From contig DJIW01000128.1 in assembly GCA_002433805.1 (NCBI GenBank), forward strand, positions 15,472 through 79,471: 64,000 nt of DNA, written 5' to 3'. The notes beneath the pieces were generated by a model. The model was not told where the DNA came from and did no database searches. It saw nothing but the letters and a program-made list of their open reading frames with translations. Positions 38,743-48,435 of this stretch are shown here, one piece after another. A program made the position numbers and the translations under genes. Numbering within the stretch: position 1 is the first letter of the stretch; every line of letters begins with the position of its first letter. Source of the stretch: Competibacteraceae bacterium UBA6584 (GTDB lineage Bacteria > Pseudomonadota > Gammaproteobacteria > Competibacterales > Competibacteraceae).

Positions 38743-39630
38743 TCAAGCTCGCACGTCTTGATCGGTGGCGTCTTCGCTATCTTCTTGCGGGCCGCCAGTC
38801 AGCCAGTCAGGCGCGCGGCCGCCGTTGCGCGCGCCCAATCCGGCGAAATCGAACAGCGCGGGATCGGCCAGATGCGAGGGCGCGACGTTTTGCAGCGCCG
38901 CGAAGATATTGTCCACCCGTCCCGGAAATTGACGCTCCCATTGCCGCAGCATCTGCTTGATCGCTTGTCGCTGCAAGTTGTCCTGCGAGCCACAGAGATT
39001 GCAGGGAATGATCGGGAACTGGCGGAGTTCGGCGTAAGCCTCAAGGTCGCGTTCCCGACAGTAGGCCAGCGGCCGGATCACCACATGCCGGCCGTCGTCG
39101 CTGAGCAGCTTGGGCGGCATCGCCTTGAGCTTGCCGCCGTGAAACATGTTCAAAAACAACGTTTCCATCAGATCGTCGCGGTGATGGCCGAGCGCGATCT
39201 TGGTCATGCCGCTTTCGGCGGCGAAGCTGTACAATATCCCCCGGCGCAACCTCGAACATAAGCCGCACGTGGTTTTTCCTTCCGGAATCACCCGCTTGAC
39301 CACGCTGTAGGTGTCCTGCTCGATGATATGGAACGGAACGCCGATGCCGCGCAGATAGTCCGGCAAGACGTGTTCCGGAAAACCCGGCTGCTTTTGATCG
39401 AGATTCACCGCCACCAATTCGAACGGGACCGGCGCGCGCAATCGCAGATTGCACAGGATATCCAGCATGGCGAAGGAGTCCTTGCCGCCGGATAAACACA
39501 CCATCACCCGGTCGCCCTCCTCGATCATGTTGAAATCCTGAATGGCCCGACCCACGTTGCGCCGCAAGCGTTTTTGCAGCTTGTTGCCGTTGATCTGTTG
39601 TTTTCTCATCGCCACCGTCGTGACCGTCAT
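38743..39630 (-). CDS. ttcA: tRNA 2-thiocytidine(32) synthetase
   Basis: SGGKDS PP-loop, [24 protein letters not shown]. Confidence 0.95.
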   Translation of the reverse strand: MTVTTVAMRKQQINGNKLQKRLRRNVGRAIQDFNMIEEGDRVMVCLSGGKDSFAMLDILCNLRLRAPVPFELVAVNLDQKQPGFPEHVLPDYLRGIGVPFHIIEQDTYSVVKRVIPEGKTTCGLCSRLRRGILYSFAAESGMTKIALGHHRDDLMETLFLNMFHGGKLKAMPPKLLSDDGRHVVIRPLAYCRERDLEAYAELRQFPIIPCNLCGSQDNLQRQAIKQMLRQWERQFPGRVDNIFAALQNVAPSHLADPALFDFAGLGARNGGRAPDWLTGGPQEDSEDATDQDVRA

Positions 39631-39829
39631 CGCCTTGACCTCTCGAACCGCTCGCGCGGCCGGGAACTTTAGCTGAAATTTGGGCGGTTTGCGCTAGATT
39701 CCGTCTCTTGCCGGACGCCGATCTGGGGTCTAGACTCCCGTTCATAAACACCGTTCGCGCCCTGTGTCGGAAACCCGCTGTTTCCGAGCACGCTCCACTG
39801 CATAAACTCACTCATCTGGAGAGCTCACC

Positions 39830-40036
39830 ATGGAGACCAACGACATTGAGCATTACAAACATCGGCTCGTCGAATTGCGCGTCGAGCACCGCGATCTCGA
39901 CGATGTGATCGCTCGTTTGGCCAAGGATCCCCTGGTCGACGAACTGGAGCTGAAACGGCTGAAAAAGCGCAAACTGATGCTCAAGGATATGATCGCGCAT
40001 CTGGAAAGCAAATTGATCCCCGACCTCAACGCCTGA
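39830..40036 (+). CDS. DUF465/YdcH-family small coiled-coil protein
   Basis: EHRDLD...RLKKRKLMLKD; RBS GGAG. Confidence 0.88.
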   Translation: METNDIEHYKHRLVELRVEHRDLDDVIARLAKDPLVDELELKRLKKRKLMLKDMIAHLESKLIPDLNA

Positions 40037-40249
40037 TCCGAACCGAGGTGGGCCGTCCGATCCCAAAACCCCAGACGGCCCTTGCTCCTCCACTGTCGCC
40101 CCGACCGCCGCAACCGTCTAAAAAGCCCCCGTCTGGGCTCCAATGCCCCAACCCGATCCGGCGGTTATGCTAAAGTAACCAAAATTTCCTGGCTCGATCC
40201 GGCACCGCGCGCCGGATCGAATCGCAGTCGGAACCCTGTCGATCCTCCC

Positions 40250-43120
40250 ATGATCCTAAGCCGCTTCCTCAAGCCCAAGTGGCAACGCACCGATCCCGGC
40301 AACCGCCAACAAGCCCTGCGGGACTTGGATCGCACCGACCCGAAGCTGCTCGAACTCGCCCGGCGCGATCCCGATCCCGCGATCCGGCGCGGCGCGCTGG
40401 AGCGGCTGATCGACCTGGATTGCCTAAACGCCATCGCCGACGCCGACAGCGACGAAAGCGCGCGCGCGGCCGCCCGCGATCGCTATCGCGAGGTGCTGGC
40501 CGGCAAGGTTGCGGATGGCCCACCGCTTGCCGAACGGCTCGACCGGCTAAACCGCGATGCGAGCGTCGAGCTGATGGAGTTTCTGCTCCAGCACGCCGTT
40601 GAAACCGAGATCCGCCTCGCCGTCTTGGCGCGGATCGACTCGGAACCCGCGCTGGTCGAAATCGCGCTGCAAAATTCTCATCAAGACCTACGCGCGGCCG
40701 CGCTGGAGCGGATCGAGGACTCGGAAGCGCTGGAGCGGATCGTGCGCCAGAGCCGCAACCGCGACAAGCGGCTTTACCGACGGGCGCGGGAACGGCTCGA
40801 CGAACGGCTGGCCGCCCAGGCGCGCGCCGGTCATTTGGAACGTTTGTGCATCGAAATGGAGCAGCTTTCATGGGACGGCGAAAGCGGCCCCAACGCCGGC
40901 CGGTTTCCGAAGCTGGAACAAGAATGGCGCGGCCAGGACGCAACCGCGCCCGAGGCCATGCGCGAACGCTACGCCCAAGCCCGCGCCCGGTTTCTGGCCG
41001 AACGTCAAGCCAGCGCCGGCCGTCGGAGCCAACGCTTGGAATGGGTCGCTCGTTTGGAAAGCCTTCTGGAGCGGTTGCGTCAGGCGATCGAAGCCGACGC
41101 CGAATTGACGGCGGCGATCCAAAACGCCACTCAGGATGCGCCGCTGGCCTGGAACCAGCTCGGACCGGCCCAGGACGCCGAGAGCCGACGCTTGGAGCAA
41201 AGCTTCCAGCGCCTCCTGCACGATATTCATGAGCACGAGCGCGTCTTGCACCGCGATCAGCTTCGCGCCGGACGCCTGCGGGAGGTGTTGCGGCAAGCGG
41301 AAGCCTTGCTGGAACAACCCAGCGAAGTCCGCGACAGCGACCTCAAACAGCTCCGGCAACGCTGGGACGGCCTAGAGCGCCCTGAGTCCCGCGAGCTGGC
41401 CAGCCAACTGCAAAACCGTCTCGATGGCCTGTTCGACAAGCTGCGCGCCCGCCTGCAACGTCAGGTCCAACAGCGGGATCAGGAATGGCAAGAACTTCAG
41501 GAGTTGGCCGGCCAGCTCGAAACGGCCCTGGAGGAAGGCGAACTCCAACACGCCACCCAATTGCACGACCAAGCCCGCCAGCGCTTGAAACACAACATCG
41601 GCTTGACCCGCGCGCAGATGGCGGCGATTGAGGAGCGCTTGCAGCATTGCGCCGGGCGCATCGGCGAATTGCGCGATTGGAGGCGCTGGGGCGCTCACCA
41701 AGCCCGCGAACAGCTCTGCGCCGCCGCCGAACAACTGCTCGGCCTAGAGGCGGAGCCCGCCGAAATCGCCCAGCGCATCCAGCAAACCCGCGCGGCCTGG
41801 AAAGATCTGGACCATCACGAAGGCGCGGCCCCCAAGGCGCTGTGGAAACGCTTCAACGAGGCATGCGAGCGCGCCTACGCCCCCTGTCAGGTCTATTTCG
41901 AGGAACAGAATCGCGAACGCCAGCACAATCTTGAAAAGAAACAAGCGCTTTGCGAACAATTGGAGCAGTTCGAAGCGGCGGCCGACTGGCAGCAGGTGGA
42001 TTGGCGCGAAGCGGACCGGCTGCGCCAGCGCGCTCGGGAAAACTGGTACCAATTAGGACCGGTCAACCGCTCCGACCGCAAGCACCTCGACCGGCGTTTC
42101 CAACACATCCTCCAGCGTTTGGACGCGCGCCTGAGCGGCGAGCGCGACCGCGAAATCCAACGCCGCCAGCAGCTTATCCAACACGTTCAAGCGCTGCTCG
42201 ACAGCCCCGATCTGCGGGTCGCCATCGAAGCCGCCAAACGCGCTCAGGCTGAATGGCATCCGACTGTCCAAGCGCCGCCCCGTCAAGAGCAGGCGTTGTG
42301 GAAAGAATTTCGCGCGGTTTGCGACGCGGTGTTCGCCCGCCGCCAGAACGAACAGCAGGCCGCCGATACCGAACGTCAGGCCAATCTGTCGCGGCGGCTG
42401 GAGCTTTGCGCGGAAATCGAGGCGCTGGCGACCCTCGATCACGAGCAGTTGGCCTCCGCCCAGGCTCGGTTGCAAGCCGCCCAGCAGGAATGGGACACGA
42501 TCGGCGCGCCTCCCAAGGCCGAGCAGCGGGCGCTCAATCAACGCTTTGAAGCCGCCATCCGGCAGTTCGCCCGCCACGAACGATTTCTCCGCCATACCGG
42601 AACCCGCGAGAGCTTTAAAAACCTGCACGCGCGTTCTCGGGTCTGCGCCCGCCTGGAACGGCTGCTCGCGCTCGCCCCGGTCGATGCCGAGCTATTGGTT
42701 CAGGATCGGGACAGTTGGCAGGCTTTGCCTCCGCTGCCCGATGCGTTGATGGAATCGATCCAACACCGTTTCGACGCCGCCGCGCGCGCCTTGACCGAAG
42801 CGCCGGAACGCGCGCCCGCCTTGATCGCGGCCCTCGAACAGAACCTGGAGCGCAAGCGGATTTGGTGTCTGTGCATGGAGATTGTGGCGGGCGTGGAATC
42901 GCCGCCCGAATGGGCCCAACAGCGGATGGCGTATCAAGTCGCCCGCTTGTCGGCCTCGCTGGCGGGCGCTTCGGCCAAGAACGACGAGGCGCTTTACGAT
43001 CCCCGGCTGCTGCAAGAACAGTGGTGCCTGACCGGGGCGCTGCCCGCCGAACCGGAAGCCGCGCTGGATGCTCGCTTTCTGGACGCCTGGCGGGTATGGC
43101 GGCAGCGGGAAGAGTCCTGA
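40250..43120 (+). CDS. DUF349-like helical-repeat protein
   Basis: KPKWQ N-terminus, HEAT-like repeats, repeated LWKRF/LWKEF...C units and W-x2-(L/I)GP motifs. Confidence 0.75.
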   Translation: MILSRFLKPKWQRTDPGNRQQALRDLDRTDPKLLELARRDPDPAIRRGALERLIDLDCLNAIADADSDESARAAARDRYREVLAGKVADGPPLAERLDRLNRDASVELMEFLLQHAVETEIRLAVLARIDSEPALVEIALQNSHQDLRAAALERIEDSEALERIVRQSRNRDKRLYRRARERLDERLAAQARAGHLERLCIEMEQLSWDGESGPNAGRFPKLEQEWRGQDATAPEAMRERYAQARARFLAERQASAGRRSQRLEWVARLESLLERLRQAIEADAELTAAIQNATQDAPLAWNQLGPAQDAESRRLEQSFQRLLHDIHEHERVLHRDQLRAGRLREVLRQAEALLEQPSEVRDSDLKQLRQRWDGLERPESRELASQLQNRLDGLFDKLRARLQRQVQQRDQEWQELQELAGQLETALEEGELQHATQLHDQARQRLKHNIGLTRAQMAAIEERLQHCAGRIGELRDWRRWGAHQAREQLCAAAEQLLGLEAEPAEIAQRIQQTRAAWKDLDHHEGAAPKALWKRFNEACERAYAPCQVYFEEQNRERQHNLEKKQALCEQLEQFEAAADWQQVDWREADRLRQRARENWYQLGPVNRSDRKHLDRRFQHILQRLDARLSGERDREIQRRQQLIQHVQALLDSPDLRVAIEAAKRAQAEWHPTVQAPPRQEQALWKEFRAVCDAVFARRQNEQQAADTERQANLSRRLELCAEIEALATLDHEQLASAQARLQAAQQEWDTIGAPPKAEQRALNQRFEAAIRQFARHERFLRHTGTRESFKNLHARSRVCARLERLLALAPVDAELLVQDRDSWQALPPLPDALMESIQHRFDAAARALTEAPERAPALIAALEQNLERKRIWCLCMEIVAGVESPPEWAQQRMAYQVARLSASLAGASAKNDEALYDPRLLQEQWCLTGALPAEPEAALDARFLDAWRVWRQREES

Positions 43121-43148
43121 AACGTCCTGACCCCAGCCCGCGCCTGGC

Positions 43149-44018
43149 ATGAAGCCCGGCGATCTGCTGTTGGCCCTGCTGGCCAATACGGCGTGGGCTT
43201 TTAATTTCATCGCCGGCAAAGCCGGCGTCGGCCATTTCGAACCTTTCCTGTTTACCAGCCTGCGCTTTGGGGTGCTGCTGCTGGTGTTATTGCCTTTCCT
43301 GCGCTGGATTCCCGGCCGGATGGGCGGCGTGCTCGGCATTGCCCTGGTTCAGGGCGTCATTCATTTCAGTCTGATTTTCGCCGGCCTCAACGCCAGCGGC
43401 GATATCGCGTCGGTCGCCATCGCCAGCCAGTTGTACGTGCCGTTTTCGACCGTGCTCGCCGTGATTCTGCTCGGCGAACGGCTGGGTCGCCGCCGGCTTC
43501 TCGGCCTAGCCTCGGCGTTCGGCGGGGTGCTGGTCATCGGTTTGGACCCGGTGGTATTCAACCATCTCGACGCTCTGTTGCTGATCGCCGGGGGGGCGTT
43601 GGCGATGGCGGTGGCCACCGTTCAGATGCGGCGCTTGCGCGATGTCGGCGTTTTCGCCTTGCAAGGCTGGATTGCGTTGTGCGCCACGCCGGCGCTGGCG
43701 CTACTGTCCGCGCTGTTCGAGGACGGCCAGTGGGCCGCGTTACAGACGGCGACGCCGTGGGACTGGGCGACGCCGGTGTATTCGGCCCTGGGTGCGTCGC
43801 TGGTCGGACACGGCATCGTGTATCACCTGCTCGGCCGTTATCCCGTCAGCGTCACCACGCCGCTGCTGTTGCTATCGCCGGTGCTGGCGGTCGCGTTCGG
43901 GGTGCTGTTGTGGGGCGATGTGCTGACTTGGAAGCTGGTCCTCGGCGGAGTAATGACGCTAGCCGGCATCCTCGTCATCACCGTGCCCTTGCCGCGCCGC
44001 GTTACGGCTTCCGGCTGA
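43149..44018 (+). CDS. EamA/DMT transporter
   Basis: About 10 TM helices in two EamA repeats. Confidence 0.85.
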   Translation: MKPGDLLLALLANTAWAFNFIAGKAGVGHFEPFLFTSLRFGVLLLVLLPFLRWIPGRMGGVLGIALVQGVIHFSLIFAGLNASGDIASVAIASQLYVPFSTVLAVILLGERLGRRRLLGLASAFGGVLVIGLDPVVFNHLDALLLIAGGALAMAVATVQMRRLRDVGVFALQGWIALCATPALALLSALFEDGQWAALQTATPWDWATPVYSALGASLVGHGIVYHLLGRYPVSVTTPLLLLSPVLAVAFGVLLWGDVLTWKLVLGGVMTLAGILVITVPLPRRVTASG

Positions 44019-44034
44019 CCCGCCAAGGCGCGGC

Positions 44035-44904
44035 TTATAATTCCCGCCGCACCAGCCGTTCGATGAGCGGTTGCAGGATGATCTCCATCGCAAAACCCAT
44101 CTTGCCGCCCGGCACCACGATGGTGTTGCGCCGGGACATGAAGGAATCGTGGATCATGTGCAATAAATTGACGAAATCCGGCTGGGTCTTGCGAGTGTCC
44201 TTAAAGCGGATCACCACAAAACTTTCATCCAGGGTCGGAATGTCACGCGCCATGAAGGGGTTGGAGGTATCCACGGTCGGCACGCGCTGGAAATTGATGT
44301 CGGTGCAGGAAAATTGCGGCACGATGTAATGGGTGTAGTCGTACATCCGCCGCAAGATGGTGTCGGTGACCGCTTCCGCGCTGTAGCCGCGTTCGGCGGT
44401 GTCGCGATGGACTTTTTGAATCCATTCCAAATTGACGATGGGCACCACGCCGATCAGTAAATCCACGTAGCGCGCGACGTTGACCTTGTCAGTGACGACC
44501 CCACCGTGCAGACCTTCATAGAACAATAAGTCGGTTCCCAGCGGCAGCTGGGTCCAAGGCGTGAACGTACCCGGTTCGCGGTCGAAGCGGCCCGCTTCTT
44601 CGGCATCATGCAGATAGTACCGCCGCAGGCCGGTGCCGCGTTCGCTGTATTCCATGAACAAGGCTTCCAACCGGTCGAACAGGTTACCTTCAGGACCAAA
44701 GTGGCTCAGATGGCGGCCTTCGAGGTGAGCCTGTTCGATCTGCCGTTTCATCTCCGCCCGGTCGTAGCGGTGAAAGCTGTCGCCCTCGACGATGGCCGCG
44801 TTGATGCCATCGCGCCAGAAGATGTGCTCCACCGCCACCCGAACCGTCGAGGTGCCCGCGCCGGACGAACCGGTGATCGCAATAATCGGATGCTGTTTCG
44901 ACAT
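44035..44904 (-). CDS. prkB: Phosphoribulokinase (proteobacterial type)
   Basis: MSKQHPIIAITGSSGAGT, EGDSFHRYDR, YEGLHG, INFQRVPTVDTSNPF. Confidence 0.94.
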   Translation of the reverse strand: MSKQHPIIAITGSSGAGTSTVRVAVEHIFWRDGINAAIVEGDSFHRYDRAEMKRQIEQAHLEGRHLSHFGPEGNLFDRLEALFMEYSERGTGLRRYYLHDAEEAGRFDREPGTFTPWTQLPLGTDLLFYEGLHGGVVTDKVNVARYVDLLIGVVPIVNLEWIQKVHRDTAERGYSAEAVTDTILRRMYDYTHYIVPQFSCTDINFQRVPTVDTSNPFMARDIPTLDESFVVIRFKDTRKTQPDFVNLLHMIHDSFMSRRNTIVVPGGKMGFAMEIILQPLIERLVRREL

Positions 44905-45073
44905 GAGGCTCCACGCGGCGGACTTCGGGCGGGAGTGAGTATAACCGAATCGATATTGCAGTGCAGCAAAAGCGGTTCGACGGTGGCGAGGTTCGGAAGG
45001 CTAAAGGATTGACCGGATGATCCCGGATCAGATCAACGTTTATTTTCCGGGTGGACCGACCTTGATCATTCGA

Positions 45074-45412
45074 CTACCGGAGATTCACTCGCCCCGCTTG
45101 CCTCAACAACCGCCGCAATTGATAGCGATAAATGAATCCGGGCAAGGCGGCGACCGCGAACAAGCACAGGGTCACCGCATAAAACTCCCAATCCTGGCCT
45201 TGACGGTTTCCGGTCACTTGATATTCAAAGCCGAATCCCATGGCCACGAGCAGACCGTACAGCACGGCCCATTCAACCAACCGCAGCCAGAACGGCTTGT
45301 CTCGGGCGTTTCGAGGCGGGAAGACGAACAACCAGCGTTCGCTTAATAAAGGCAGATTGGCCGCGATGGCGGCCAATCCCAACCAAAGCCCGACGATCAG
45401 GTCTTGAGACAC
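45074..45412 (-). CDS. DUF2818-family membrane protein
   Basis: ANLP, WEFYAVT, PGFIYRY; usual position after nuoN. Confidence 0.8.
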   Translation of the reverse strand: MSQDLIVGLWLGLAAIAANLPLLSERWLFVFPPRNARDKPFWLRLVEWAVLYGLLVAMGFGFEYQVTGNRQGQDWEFYAVTLCLFAVAALPGFIYRYQLRRLLRQAGRVNLR

Positions 45413-45427
45413 TCAATCTCTTCGAAA

Positions 45428-46867
45428 TCAGCTTAGCAAGGCCGATGCGCACCACGCCATCAACCCGGCCGGATAGAGACCGAGCACGATCAACAACAAG
45501 CCATTGGCGCTGATCGCAATTTGAACGTCCCGGCTCATATCAATGACCTCGCTCTGCTCGGATTTGTCAAAATAAATGCACTTGACCACCCGCAGATAGT
45601 AGAACGCGCCGATCACCGAAAAAATCACCCCGACCAAGGCCAACCACACCAAGCCAATTTCCACCACCGACTGCAATACCACCCACTTGGCGTAAAAACC
45701 GGCCATGAACGGAATGCCGGCCATCGACATCATGATGATCATCATCAGGAAGGCCAGCCACGGATTGCGGTCGTTCAAGCCGCTGAAATCCGAAATATTC
45801 TCCGCCTCGAAGCCCGCGCGGCTCAACAAGATCACCACGCCGAAAGCGCCGGTCGCCATCAACACATAAATGATGGCGTAGAACATCGCCGCGGCATACC
45901 CTTCCGGCGTGCCGGACAAAATGCCGAGCAACAGAAAGCCGACGTGGGAAATGGTCGAATACGCCAGCATCCGCTTGATGTTGGTCTGGGCGATGGCGAT
46001 CAGATTGCCCACCGCCATCGACAGCACCGACAAAATAACCAGCATCTGCTGCCAGTCGCCCTGCAAGGCGCCGAGCCCGTCCACCAGCACCCGCATCACC
46101 AGCGCGAACGCCGCGAGCTTGGGCGCGGAACCGATATACAACGTCACCGAGGTCGGCGCGCCTTGATAGACATCCGGCAACCACATGTGAAACGGCACCG
46201 CGCCCAACTTGAACGCCAAGCCCACAACCAGAAAGACCAGCCCGAACACCAACACCAGATTGTTCGATCCCTGCTTGGCGACCGCATCCGAAATCACCTG
46301 TAAATCCACGCTTCCAGTCGCGCCGTAGATCATCGAAATGCCGTACAGCAACATGCCGGACGCCAGCGAGCCGAGCACGAAGAACTTCATCGCCGCCTCG
46401 GAGGCCACCGGCGAATCCCGGTCGAACGCCACCAGGGCGTATAAGGACAGCGACAGCAATTCCAACCCCAGATACACGCTGAGCAGGCTGTGAGCCGAAA
46501 CCATGATCATCATGCCCAACACGCCGAACAAGCCTAAAACGTAGTATTCGCCTTTAAAGAGGTCGCGCTGGCGCAGATAATCGCGCGAATACAAAAACAC
46601 TGCGGCGGCCGCCAAGCAGATGAAAAACTTGAGCAAATCGCCCATCGCGTCCTTGATGTAGTGGCCGAACATGGTGACCGCTGGCGCGTTGGCGTAGGTC
46701 AGGGCGATCAGCGCGGCCGCGCCCAGCACCGTCAATTGCGACAAGCCGTAGCTGATGTGGCGTTTCTCCTCGTCCAAGAACACATCGATGACCAAGATCG
46801 CGCACGCCATGGTCAATACGAACAGCTCCGGCAGCAGCGGCAGGAAGTCAGGGGCGACGAAGTTCAT
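45428..46867 (-). CDS. nuoN: NADH-quinone oxidoreductase subunit N
   Basis: [34 protein letters not shown]. Confidence 0.96.
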   Translation of the reverse strand: MNFVAPDFLPLLPELFVLTMACAILVIDVFLDEEKRHISYGLSQLTVLGAAALIALTYANAPAVTMFGHYIKDAMGDLLKFFICLAAAAVFLYSRDYLRQRDLFKGEYYVLGLFGVLGMMIMVSAHSLLSVYLGLELLSLSLYALVAFDRDSPVASEAAMKFFVLGSLASGMLLYGISMIYGATGSVDLQVISDAVAKQGSNNLVLVFGLVFLVVGLAFKLGAVPFHMWLPDVYQGAPTSVTLYIGSAPKLAAFALVMRVLVDGLGALQGDWQQMLVILSVLSMAVGNLIAIAQTNIKRMLAYSTISHVGFLLLGILSGTPEGYAAAMFYAIIYVLMATGAFGVVILLSRAGFEAENISDFSGLNDRNPWLAFLMMIIMMSMAGIPFMAGFYAKWVVLQSVVEIGLVWLALVGVIFSVIGAFYYLRVVKCIYFDKSEQSEVIDMSRDVQIAISANGLLLIVLGLYPAGLMAWCASALLS

Positions 46868-46899
46868 GAAGATTCCCTATGGTCTGGTGCGGCGCGCAG

Positions 46900-48417
46900 C
46901 TAAAGCAGCTTGGTCGCGGTGATGTGCTGCAACAGGTTGTTCACGGTGGAATGCATCACCGAGGTCAGCGGGTCGGGCCAGAGGCCGAGCAGCAACACCG
47001 CCGCCACCAGCAAGCTCAACATGATGGTTTCGCGGCTGTTGATGTCCTGCAGTTCGGCGACGTGATGGTTGCCGATCTCGCCGAAGATCACCCGCTTGAT
47101 CAGCCACAAGGTATACGCCGCCCCCAGAATCAAGGTGAAGGAGGCCAGAAACGCGATCCAAAAGCTGGCCTTGAAGCTGCTCAAAATCACCATGAACTCG
47201 CCGACGAAGCCCGAAGTGCCGGGCAAGCCGGCGTTGGCCATGCCGAACAGCACCATGAACGCGGCGAACACCGGCATGGTGTTGGCCACCCCGCCGTAAT
47301 CCTTGATCTGGCGGGAATGCATTCGGTCGTAGAGCACGCCCACGCACAAAAACAGCGCGCCCGAAATAAAGCCGTGCGAAATCATCTGCACCATGCCGCC
47401 CTCGATGGCCATCGCCGCTCCGCTCAGGCTGCCGGTATGGCGGTGCAGCCCGAACACGATGAAAAAGCCCAGGGTGACAAAACCCATGTGGGCGATCGAG
47501 GAATAGGCGATCAGCTTCTTCATATCCTGCTGGATCAGCGCCACCAGTCCGATGTAGATCACCGCGACCAGCGACAGGGTGATGATCAGCCAATCCAGCA
47601 TGGCCGAGGCGTCCGGGGTGATGGGGAGCGCAAACCGCAAGAAACCGTAACCGCCGATCTTCAAGGTAATCGCCGCCAAAATCACCGAACCGCCGGTGGG
47701 CGCTTCGACGTGGGCGTCCGGCAACCAGGTGTGCACCGGCCACATCGGCACCTTGACCGAAAAGCCGAGCAAGAAGGCGAAGAAAATCAACACCTGCTCG
47801 GTCATGGTGAGCGGCAGCTTGTGAAAATCCAGAATCTCGAAGCTGTTGGCCTGGTTGTACATGTAGATCAGGGCGATCAGCATGAACACCGAGCCGAAGA
47901 AGGTGTACAGAAAGAACTTGACGGTGGCGTACACCCGGCGCGGCCCGCCCCAGATGCCGATGATCAAGAACATCGGGATCAGCATCGCCTCGAAGAACAC
48001 GTAGAACAGCAGCGCGTCCAAGGCGGCAAACACGCCGATCATCAAACCTTCCATGATCAGAAACGCCGCCATGTACTGGGCGATGCGATATTGGATCACT
48101 TCCCAACCGGCGATCACCACCAGCACGGTCATGAAGGCGGTCAGCAAGATCAACGGCATCGAGAAACCGTCCACGCCCAGGTGGTAGTTGGCGTTGAACG
48201 CCGGAATCCACGACATGAATTCCTGGAACTGCATCGCCGCCGTCGCGCCGTCAAACACGGTGTACAGCGGGATGCTCAGCAAAAACGTCACGATGGAAAC
48301 GGTCAACGCCAGCATCTTGGCGCGCGCGGCATTGTCGTCGCCGATAAACAGCACCGCAATGCCGCCAAGAATGGGAAACCAGATGACAAGACTCAGCAAG
48401 GGCAGTTCCGACAGCAT
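46900..48417 (-). CDS. nuoM: NADH-quinone oxidoreductase subunit M
   Basis: VKVPMWPVHTWLPDAHVEAP, KKLIAYSS. Confidence 0.96.
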   Translation of the reverse strand: MLSELPLLSLVIWFPILGGIAVLFIGDDNAARAKMLALTVSIVTFLLSIPLYTVFDGATAAMQFQEFMSWIPAFNANYHLGVDGFSMPLILLTAFMTVLVVIAGWEVIQYRIAQYMAAFLIMEGLMIGVFAALDALLFYVFFEAMLIPMFLIIGIWGGPRRVYATVKFFLYTFFGSVFMLIALIYMYNQANSFEILDFHKLPLTMTEQVLIFFAFLLGFSVKVPMWPVHTWLPDAHVEAPTGGSVILAAITLKIGGYGFLRFALPITPDASAMLDWLIITLSLVAVIYIGLVALIQQDMKKLIAYSSIAHMGFVTLGFFIVFGLHRHTGSLSGAAMAIEGGMVQMISHGFISGALFLCVGVLYDRMHSRQIKDYGGVANTMPVFAAFMVLFGMANAGLPGTSGFVGEFMVILSSFKASFWIAFLASFTLILGAAYTLWLIKRVIFGEIGNHHVAELQDINSRETIMLSLLVAAVLLLGLWPDPLTSVMHSTVNNLLQHITATKLL

Positions 48418-48435
48418 GGTTTTTCTTCTTCCAGG

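Noticed and set aside
45005-45040. TTGA...ATCAA and TGAT-N5-ATCA elements upstream of prk resembling an FNR box
   Set aside because: Spacing does not fit TTGAT-N4-ATCAA
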